A program made the position numbers and the translations under genes. This document shows, in pieces, positions 27,769-34,973 of a stretch of DNA of 64,000 bases. The notes beneath the pieces were generated by a model that saw only the letters and a program-made list of their open reading frames with translations, was not told the DNA's origin and made no database searches. Every line of letters begins with the position of its first letter. Position 1 is the stretch's first letter. The DNA is taken from contig JBBDHU010000003.1 of NCBI GenBank assembly GCA_040880705.1, positions 215,476 through 279,475 of the forward strand. Reading direction: 5' to 3'. The DNA comes from Actinomycetota bacterium. Lineage in GTDB: Bacteria; Actinomycetota; UBA4738; JBBDHU01.

Positions 27769-28716
27769 CTATCCCAGGGCCGCCGGAGCCGTCGGTTCTT
27801 CCTGAGGCCGGCTGCCGAAGCGTTCGCGCGCAACAATCGCGCCCGTCGCGGCGAGAACGACCGCGCCGCCGGCTATCGACAGAGGAGTCATCGCCTCGTT
27901 CAGCAGGATCCACCCGGCCGTCGCGGCCACGACCGGCATGCTTTGCATCACGAGTGATCCGAGCCACGCTTCGACGTGGCGGTGGGACCACGCGAGGGCC
28001 AGGTGTCCGGCGGCACCCGATATCACCGTCGTGTACGCGAGCCAGATCCATTCCTCTCCTTGCGGAGGCGCCAGCGAAACGCCCGACGCAACCGTCACCA
28101 CCGTCACTGCCCCGCCCGCCACGACCATGACCGTCGTCATGTATTCGAGCGTCCCGACCTTCAGCTTGGTTCGCACTCGTTTCGAGAACAACCAGTACCC
28201 GGTCCACGACAGAGTCGAGGCTGCTGCAAACGCGTCACCCAACGGGCGCCAGGCCGGGGAGCCGAACGACCCGAGCGCGACCAGCCCCACCCCGGCGATC
28301 GACGCCGCCATGAGCATTGCTTCCTTGCGCCCGATTCGTTCGCCGAACCAGCGCGCGGCACCGATCGCGATGAAAACGGGAGATATCGCGCCGATGATGG
28401 TCGCGTTTGCGGCTGTAGTGATGCGAAACGCGTTGAAGGTCAGAACCAGGTCGGCGGCGAATAGCAAGCCTCCCGGCCAGCACGCGCGGATCACCTCCCA
28501 GCGCAGCCGCCGGCGCATGGCCAGAAGCGCGACTGCGTAGATCAGGATCCCGAACCAAAGTCTGTAGGTTGCGAACGCGAGAGTAGGCATCTCGACCTGC
28601 TTGAGAACTATCGGAAGCAGGCCCCAAACGACGGTGGCGTAACCGACCGCGGCTATGCCGGGCGTGCGTCGCGGACCCATGCCCCACGCTACCCGACTTG
28701 CGCTGAGGGAATCCAA
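27769..28716 (-). CDS. EamA/DMT-family transporter
   Basis: 315 aa, about 10 TM, duplicated EamA halves. Confidence 0.85.
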   Translation of the reverse strand: MDSLSASRVAWGMGPRRTPGIAAVGYATVVWGLLPIVLKQVEMPTLAFATYRLWFGILIYAVALLAMRRRLRWEVIRACWPGGLLFAADLVLTFNAFRITTAANATIIGAISPVFIAIGAARWFGERIGRKEAMLMAASIAGVGLVALGSFGSPAWRPLGDAFAAASTLSWTGYWLFSKRVRTKLKVGTLEYMTTVMVVAGGAVTVVTVASGVSLAPPQGEEWIWLAYTTVISGAAGHLALAWSHRHVEAWLGSLVMQSMPVVAATAGWILLNEAMTPLSIAGGAVVLAATGAIVARERFGSRPQEEPTAPAALG

Positions 28717-28757
28717 GGACTACGAATACCCACAAGTCACAGGATGAGGGGACGTTC

Positions 28758-29297
28758 ATGAGCTTCACCACTCGAGAGTTATGGACGATCGTCCACGGCA
28801 TGGGCCTCGGGGCGGCCTTCCTTCTTGCGTTTGCGGGAGGACTCGCCGGGCTTTGGAGTCTTCGCCCCGGATTGATCACCGAGGCCGGAATCGTCGAGCG
28901 CACCAAACGCCTCAAGATAGGCACTTGGGCCATGGCTCTGGCCGCGTGGCTGACCGTCATAACCGGCACCTTCATCGTGTACCCGTGGTACCGCGCCGAC
29001 ACCGGCGCATGCGAGGAGGAGCTGACCGCCGGGTGCGGCGCGAGGTTCGCCCTCCTCGCCGACGAGGCCAAGGCTCAGTGGCACGAATTCGGCATGGAGT
29101 GGAAGGAACACATCGCCTGGATCGCGCCGATGCTCGCAACTGCGGTTGCCGTTGCCGTCTCTTACTACGGAGTCAAGCTGGTCCGCGAGCAAGGCGTGAA
29201 GAAAGCCCTGATCGTCGCGTTCTCGGCGGCGTTCGTCATCGCCGCGATCGCCGGCGCGTTGGGCGCCTTCATCACCAAGTCCGCGCCGGTCGCCTGA
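28758..29297 (+). CDS. integral membrane protein, unknown function (4 TM, conserved His/Trp loop)
   Basis: ATG preceded by GAGGGG. Loop YPWYRADTGACEEELTAGCG...QWHEFGMEWKEH between helices. Confidence 0.5.
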   Translation: MSFTTRELWTIVHGMGLGAAFLLAFAGGLAGLWSLRPGLITEAGIVERTKRLKIGTWAMALAAWLTVITGTFIVYPWYRADTGACEEELTAGCGARFALLADEAKAQWHEFGMEWKEHIAWIAPMLATAVAVAVSYYGVKLVREQGVKKALIVAFSAAFVIAAIAGALGAFITKSAPVA

Positions 29298-29307
29298 GGG
29301 AGGGATC

Positions 29308-29667
29308 ATGACCGAGGTTCGCCAGGTCACACAGCAAGCCGGCGAGGGGCACAAGACGTTCGGCCCCGTCGCCGCCGTGTTCATCGCCGCCGGGCTGGGC
29401 TCTTTGGTTCTCGGCGTCCTGACGACGCTTGCCGAGGGCAGCGAAGGCATCAAATCGGGCCTCGAGTGGTCGAAGTCCGTCGGCCCTTTGATAGGGAAGA
29501 CACTCGTCGCGACTGCTACGTTTGTCGTCTCGTGGGGAGTGCTGTCGGCCGCATGGAGAAGGAAGGATCCGAAACCTAGGACTATCTGGGTCTGGACGAC
29601 GATCCTGGTGCTGGCCGGTGTCGTCATGACTTTCCCGATCTTCTTCCAGCTCTTCGCGGCGGAATAG
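29308..29667 (+). CDS. small integral membrane protein, unknown function
   Basis: 119 aa, 3 TM. Starts 10 nt after the previous gene, with GGGAGGG upstream. Confidence 0.5.
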   Translation: MTEVRQVTQQAGEGHKTFGPVAAVFIAAGLGSLVLGVLTTLAEGSEGIKSGLEWSKSVGPLIGKTLVATATFVVSWGVLSAAWRRKDPKPRTIWVWTTILVLAGVVMTFPIFFQLFAAE

Positions 29668-29757
29668 GCTGGCGGACAAACCGAAGGTCTCGCCACGATT
29701 TGCAATAATGGAGCCATACTGGTCGTCTATCCTGGTTGACCGACAAGGGAGGGCTGA

Positions 29758-30117
29758 ATGAGCGCAGAAAAGAAGAGCTTTGATTCACCGGACGAGAAGA
29801 GGGCAATCGGCAACGGCCAAGCTGACGTCGTGAACTTCGACACCGCTAGCGCGGCGCGTGCCACCATGCAGCCCGGCTGGCGCTGGTCCACGGACGTCAA
29901 ACCGATAGTCGGGACGGAAAGCTGCCAGGCCGACCACCTCGGATACGTCGTGTCGGGGCGCCTGCACGTAGTTACCGATGACGGCGGCGAGGCCGAGGTG
30001 GGCCCGGGCGACGCCTACGTCATACACCCGGGCCACGATTCGTGGGTTGTCGGCGACGAACCCTTCGTCGGTTTGGAGTTCCAAAGCAAGACTGCCGAGA
30101 CGTACGCGAAGACTTAG
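29758..30117 (+). CDS. cupin-domain protein
   Basis: 119 aa with HLGYVVSGRLHVVTDDGGE...GDAYVIHPGHDSWV, typical of the cupin_2 barrel. Confidence 0.7.
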   Translation: MSAEKKSFDSPDEKRAIGNGQADVVNFDTASAARATMQPGWRWSTDVKPIVGTESCQADHLGYVVSGRLHVVTDDGGEAEVGPGDAYVIHPGHDSWVVGDEPFVGLEFQSKTAETYAKT

Positions 30118-30136
30118 CGGGAAAGCACCAAACCGC

Positions 30137-30601
30137 ATGGGAGGAACGACTACCTATACCGCGCATGTTGATCGGAGCCCTGAGCAGGTTTTCGCACTCC
30201 TATCCGACATAGACCGGCACTCCGAGTGGTCGGTCAAGACTTTTCGTTCCGAGAAACGGGGCGACGGGCCGGTCGGCGTCGGCACGGTCTACGAGACTCA
30301 CGGCTGGCTGCCGGGCCAGGGCAAGGACCACGAGAACACCGTCACGATCACGGCATTCGAACCGGGCAAGCGCTTCGCGTTCGACGCGAAGGACCCCCGG
30401 GGGCCGGTAATTCCCAGCGACTACGTCCTTACGCCCGAAGGCGGAGGCACGCGCGTGGAGCGCACGATGACGATGCCGAAGCCCGACGGTTTCCAAGGTG
30501 TCATGTGGCCGGTCATCTTCCCGATGCTGGTCAAGCCGGCGATCCAGAAGAACCTCAACATGTTCAAGGCCAAGGCGGAGGAGCAACCGGCCGCCGGGTG
30601 A
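30137..30601 (+). CDS. SRPBCC (polyketide cyclase/START-like) family protein
   Basis: From the ATG at 30137: TYTAHVDRSPEQVFALLSDIDRHSEWS, typical of the SRPBCC N-terminus. The ORF-track start at 29978 overlaps the cupin gene. Confidence 0.75.
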   Translation: MGGTTTYTAHVDRSPEQVFALLSDIDRHSEWSVKTFRSEKRGDGPVGVGTVYETHGWLPGQGKDHENTVTITAFEPGKRFAFDAKDPRGPVIPSDYVLTPEGGGTRVERTMTMPKPDGFQGVMWPVIFPMLVKPAIQKNLNMFKAKAEEQPAAG

Positions 30602-30607
30602 CCGGCC

Positions 30608-32161
30608 CTATTCCACGCCTACCTCTATGGTGTGCCAGCCGGTCGCGCCGTCGGGGAACGGTTCCTGCATAGTTTCGGGTTGCGTTTCGCCCTCGCCGTC
30701 GGTCGCGCGCACCTGTAGCGTGTGCTGCCCGGGCGTTGCATTCCACCGATAAACCCACTGTTTCCAAGTGTCTATCGTTCCGCCCGAACCGAGCTGAGCC
30801 GCCCCCGCTACCGCGCCGTCGACCAGCACCTCGACCCGCTCGATACCGCGATGCTGAGCCCACGCAATCCCGGCAACCGGAACCTCCCCGGCCGCAAGGT
30901 TGCTCTTCGAACGGGGTGTGTCTATGCGCGACTGCGTCTTGATCGGCGCTTGCTCGGCCCATCCCCGCCTGACCCAGTACGGATCGAACGCCTCGAAGGT
31001 GGTCAGCTCCATGTCCACGACCCATTTGGTTGCCGACACGTAGCCGTACAGGCCGGGCACGATCTGGCGAACCGGAAACCCGTGCTCGAGCGGCAACGGT
31101 TCTCCGTTCATTCCGTATGCGAGCATCGCGTCGCGTCCGTCCATGATCGCTTCGACGGGGGTTCCGAGCGTGAAGCCGTCGACCGACGTCGACACGAGCT
31201 GCGTGGCATCCGAATGCACGCCGGCTTCGCGAAGCAGATCCGCGAAGGAAGTGCCGAGCCAGATCGCGTTCCCGATGTATTTGCCGCCCACCGGATTCGA
31301 CACGCAAGCGAGCGTGATCTCGCGCTCGATGGCCGGGCGGGACATCAGCGCCTCCAAGTTCAATGTCAGCTCGCGATCCACCATCCCGTGAATCCGCAGC
31401 CGCCATTCCTCCGCCATGACCTTCGGCACGATCAGCGAGGTGTCGACCCGGTAGAACTCGTCATTGGGGGTGAGGAAGGGCGTCAGGCCCGGCGCCTTCA
31501 ATGCATCTCCGGTCGTCGCCCCCGGAGTATTTGCGGTGGAAGGCAGCACGACTTTCTCGCGCGATGCTTCGACGTCGAAGCGCTTCTGTAGCAACACACG
31601 GCCGGCAGCCCCGGCCGCCAACGAAGTTCCGGCGACCGCGAAGCCCGTGAGCATGAAGCGGCGGCGCGCCGGATCCGGGATCGTTTCCGGCGAGGCGTCG
31701 GAAGGCAGGAGCCCTCGTGATTCCGCCCCGGCGACCGCGAACCTCGTGAGCAGGCTGAGCGCTATCGCGCCCGCGACGGCACCGGCGATCGCGGGGAGTA
31801 CGTCTGCCTGGCCCGCCGCCGGGCGCGAGGCCGCGGCGAACGCCCCTGCGAGACCGAAAGCTGCCAACGCCACGAAGCCGACCCATCTTCGGCGCATCGT
31901 GATCACTCCGACCCCGGCCGCGACCAGCCCGAGCACCACATAGATCCCGGCCAGCAAGACCAGCTTGTCGTTGGCCCCGAATGTTCGAATCGCAAACGAC
32001 TTCAGCCACTCGGGAGTTGCATCAACGAGGGCGCTGCCGACGACGATTATCGGAGCGGAGGCTTCCCCTATGAACCCGGCAACCAGCCCGGCACCGCCCA
32101 GGGCGGCGGCGGCGGTCAACACGCCCACGACCGCACCTCGCTGCCAGGACTCGCGCTGCAC
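30608..32161 (-). CDS. membrane-anchored molybdopterin-dependent oxidoreductase (sulfite-oxidase/MsrP fold)
   Basis: N-terminal ~180 aa with about 5 TM helices. Moco domain with FYRVDTS, TLACVSNPVGG (Cys ligand region) and GFPVRQIVPGLYGYVSATKWV, plus a C-terminal Ig-like domain. Confidence 0.85.
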   Translation of the reverse strand: MQRESWQRGAVVGVLTAAAALGGAGLVAGFIGEASAPIIVVGSALVDATPEWLKSFAIRTFGANDKLVLLAGIYVVLGLVAAGVGVITMRRRWVGFVALAAFGLAGAFAAASRPAAGQADVLPAIAGAVAGAIALSLLTRFAVAGAESRGLLPSDASPETIPDPARRRFMLTGFAVAGTSLAAGAAGRVLLQKRFDVEASREKVVLPSTANTPGATTGDALKAPGLTPFLTPNDEFYRVDTSLIVPKVMAEEWRLRIHGMVDRELTLNLEALMSRPAIEREITLACVSNPVGGKYIGNAIWLGTSFADLLREAGVHSDATQLVSTSVDGFTLGTPVEAIMDGRDAMLAYGMNGEPLPLEHGFPVRQIVPGLYGYVSATKWVVDMELTTFEAFDPYWVRRGWAEQAPIKTQSRIDTPRSKSNLAAGEVPVAGIAWAQHRGIERVEVLVDGAVAGAAQLGSGGTIDTWKQWVYRWNATPGQHTLQVRATDGEGETQPETMQEPFPDGATGWHTIEVGVE

Positions 32162-32199
32162 CCACCCATCTTCTCAGCAATCCCTTCTAGGATTCCCCG

Positions 32200-33069
32200 A
32201 TGCCGCTTTTGCTCGCGCTCGCGGCCGCCGGAATGTGGGGCGCCGCCGACTTCATGGGAGGAATGGCCGCCCGGCTTTGGAGCGCCTTCCGAGTCGCGTT
32301 CGTCGGTCAATTGATCGGCCTGGCGCTAGTGGTGGCCGCACTTCCGATTCTGCCGGGGGAGGCCATCCGCGCCGACCTGCTTTGGGGTGCCGCGGCCGGA
32401 GTGTTCGGGGGTCTCGGGGCGTTGTTTCTCTATCGCGGACTGGCCGAGGGCCAGATGAACGTCGTTGCGCCCATCACCGCGGTAACTGCGGCGGTACTTC
32501 CGGCCGGAGCAGGGCTCGCCCTAGGAGAGACGCCCGAGCCGGCGGCCTCGGCCGGCGTCGCGCTGGCGATCGGCGCGGTGGCCCTGCTCGGCATGCAGCA
32601 ACACCCGCACAGTGAAGACGAGGCTGCGCCGACGGGAAGGATTCTCTCCCTTCGCGGCCTCGGTACGGCCCTCGTGGCGGGTATCGGTTTCGGACTCTTC
32701 TTCACGCTGATCGCGCAAACCAGCGTCGAATCCGGACTCTGGCCGCTCCTTTCGAATCGCCTCATGTCCTGCACGATCCTCGGCGCCATCCTCGTGGTCT
32801 GGAGCTTGCGCCGGAACTCGCCGGGGGGGAAGGGCGGCGCGTGGCTGGCCACGGGTTCGGGAACTCTCGACATGACGGCAAACGTCGCCTACCTGTTGGC
32901 TGCACAGAGGGGCTCGCTGGCGCTGGTCGCGGTGCTGGCCTCGCTCTACCCGGCCGGGACCGTGCTTCTTTCGAGATTCGTCCTAAAGGAACCGTTGGGC
33001 AAGCTTCACGCGGCCGGACTGCTTCTAGCCCTGATCGCGATCGTGTTGATCACGGGTTACGGAGCCTGA
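32200..33069 (+). CDS. EamA/DMT-family transporter
   Basis: 289 aa, about 10 TM, EamA repeats. Confidence 0.8.
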   Translation: MPLLLALAAAGMWGAADFMGGMAARLWSAFRVAFVGQLIGLALVVAALPILPGEAIRADLLWGAAAGVFGGLGALFLYRGLAEGQMNVVAPITAVTAAVLPAGAGLALGETPEPAASAGVALAIGAVALLGMQQHPHSEDEAAPTGRILSLRGLGTALVAGIGFGLFFTLIAQTSVESGLWPLLSNRLMSCTILGAILVVWSLRRNSPGGKGGAWLATGSGTLDMTANVAYLLAAQRGSLALVAVLASLYPAGTVLLSRFVLKEPLGKLHAAGLLLALIAIVLITGYGA

Positions 33070-33070
33070 G

Positions 33071-33265
33071 TCACGCCCTGTAGAAAGGGTGACTGTAGGA
33101 AGGCTCGGTATGCAACGCGCAGGTGGGCGTCGCGTTGTAGGTGGAAAGGATGGTCGAGCATTCCGGCTCCTCGCAGACGCGTCCCCTTGCGGGACGGGAC
33201 GAAGCCTCCCTGCCGCGTTCGGGTGTTCCGACATGAGTGCCGCCCCTGCCTGTTGGTCGAGCCAC
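33071..33265 (-). CDS. small basic protein with CxxxC...CxxH zinc-ribbon-like motif (hypothetical)
   Basis: 64 aa: RVCEEPECSTILSTYNATPTCALH. Sits just downstream of the csp terminator. Coding status uncertain. Confidence 0.4.
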   Translation of the reverse strand: MARPTGRGGTHVGTPERGREASSRPARGRVCEEPECSTILSTYNATPTCALHTEPSYSHPFYRA

Positions 33266-33284
33266 GCCTCTCCTCTCGATCGCC

Positions 33285-33316
33285 GAAGGAGAAAGGGACC
33301 CGCCGAGGCGGGTCCC
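33285..33316 (-). terminator. intrinsic terminator of the cold-shock gene
   Basis: Minus strand: GGGACCCGCC-TC-GGCGGGTCCC (10-bp perfect stem, 33316..33295) followed by TTTCTCCTT, 18 nt after the csp stop. Confidence 0.6.
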
Positions 33317-33334
33317 CTACCCTGATGGATGCTC

Positions 33335-33541
33335 CTAAGAAACGGGCCTGAGATTGGCGGCCTGGGGACCCTTTTGTCCCTGGGTCACGTCGAACTCGAC
33401 CTTCTGCCCCTCATCCAGACTCTTGTAGCCCTCGCCTTGAATCGCACTGAAATGCACGAAGACGTCGGGGCTTCCGTCGTCGGGAGTGACGAATCCGTAG
33501 CCCTTCTCGGAGCTGAACCACTTCACAACACCGGTTGCCAC
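33335..33541 (-). CDS. cspA: cold-shock protein (CspA family)
   Basis: RNP1 KGYGFV and RNP2 VFVHFS. GTG at 33541 lies 6 nt after AAAGGAGGGAG and gives MATGVVKWF; the ORF-track TTG at 33547 is less likely. Confidence 0.95.
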   Translation of the reverse strand: MATGVVKWFSSEKGYGFVTPDDGSPDVFVHFSAIQGEGYKSLDEGQKVEFDVTQGQKGPQAANLRPVS

Positions 33542-33767
33542 TAGCAACTCCCTCCTTTCTTCGGCCGTCCCCGGTCACTGAGCGCCGGCTGGGCCGCCGA
33601 TGCCTCCGGCACCGGCAAGGGAACTGCTCGTAGCGAACTGCGATGCTGCACCCTCGGGGAAACCGTACCATGCAAGGCGGTCCCGACGGTACTCCCCCAG
33701 TTCAGGCACAAGCTCGTCCCCTCGAATCAGCCTCCACGGAAGAACCGGACGGGGTACCCTGCACCGC

Positions 33768-34910
33768 ATGGCCGAAAAGGCTGAGGGTGACTCCCGCTGG
33801 CCCTCCATGGGCTACCTCGCCAAAGCCACCATCACCGTCGGGCTGGCCATCGCTCTTCTCCTCGCCGCGTTCGAGGCGTCCGGGATCCTCGTCCTTTTGA
33901 TCATCGCGATCGTCTTCGCCGTAGGTCTGGACCCGGCAGTGCAGATCTTGCAGAAACGGTTCCACGTCAAGCGGGGCACTGCCGTCGGGATCATCTTCGT
34001 AGGTGCGACGTCGTTCGTCCTTCTGTTCATTTGGCTCGTCGTACCGCCCCTGATTGGGCAGGTCACCGAGCTTGCCGACGACATACCCGCGTACGTCGCC
34101 GATCTCCAGGAGCGAAATGACGGATTGGGGAAGTTCCTATCCAAGGGCGATCTGGAAGAGAAAATCAAGGACTTCGTCTCCCAGATCCCACAGGCAATCG
34201 CCTCGTCCTTCGGCACGATCGTCGGCGTGACCGGGGCGATCACGGGCGTGCTATTCAACACGCTGACCGTAGTCGTTCTGACCATCTACTTCATGCTGGC
34301 CCTGCCCAGGATGCGAAAGACGGCCTCGCTGTTGTTCGCCGCCGAGAGTCGGGAGCAAGCCGAGAGGGTGATCGATGAGTCGGTTGCGAAGATCGGGGGT
34401 TACGTCTCGGGAAACTTCGTGACATCCGGAGTCTGCGCGATTCTCGCCGGCATCGCTTTGATCGCGCTCGGCGTCCCGTTCGCAGTTCCTCTTGCGCTCT
34501 GGGCCGGTCTCGCCGACCTGATCCCACAGGTGGGGTCGTACTTAGGCGCGGCGCCGGCAATAATCGTCGCGTTCTTCGATTCGCCGCTCCTGGCCGTCGC
34601 CGTGCTCGTGTACTTCATCGTCTACCAACAGTTCGAGAACTACTTCTTGGTGCCGCGGGTGATGAAGAACGCCGTGGACCTGTCGGCCGCGGCCGTCTTG
34701 GTGAGCACGCTGATCGGCGCCAGCCTGGCCGGCTTCGCCGGCGCCCTGCTTGCGCTGCCCGTGGCCGCCACGATCAAGGTGGTGGTGGTCGAGATCTGGC
34801 TCGGGGACCGCCTTCGTGATGCGGAGGCGAAGGACCATCCCCCCGAGGAACGGAAACGCCGGAGGCTGTTGCGCAAGCGGCTGAAGGGCGGCACCGGCGC
34901 GAGGGAATGA
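33768..34910 (+). CDS. AI-2E/PerM-family transporter
   Basis: From the ATG at 33768. 8 TM with the typical long central loop, LIPQVGSYLGAAPA motif and a basic C-terminal tail. Confidence 0.85.
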   Translation: MAEKAEGDSRWPSMGYLAKATITVGLAIALLLAAFEASGILVLLIIAIVFAVGLDPAVQILQKRFHVKRGTAVGIIFVGATSFVLLFIWLVVPPLIGQVTELADDIPAYVADLQERNDGLGKFLSKGDLEEKIKDFVSQIPQAIASSFGTIVGVTGAITGVLFNTLTVVVLTIYFMLALPRMRKTASLLFAAESREQAERVIDESVAKIGGYVSGNFVTSGVCAILAGIALIALGVPFAVPLALWAGLADLIPQVGSYLGAAPAIIVAFFDSPLLAVAVLVYFIVYQQFENYFLVPRVMKNAVDLSAAAVLVSTLIGASLAGFAGALLALPVAATIKVVVVEIWLGDRLRDAEAKDHPPEERKRRRLLRKRLKGGTGARE

Positions 34911-34973
34911 CTAGAATTTACCCTAAGTAGTCGGACGCCCGGTTTCTGCCGATACTGCAGGAAGAGGCGGGGG

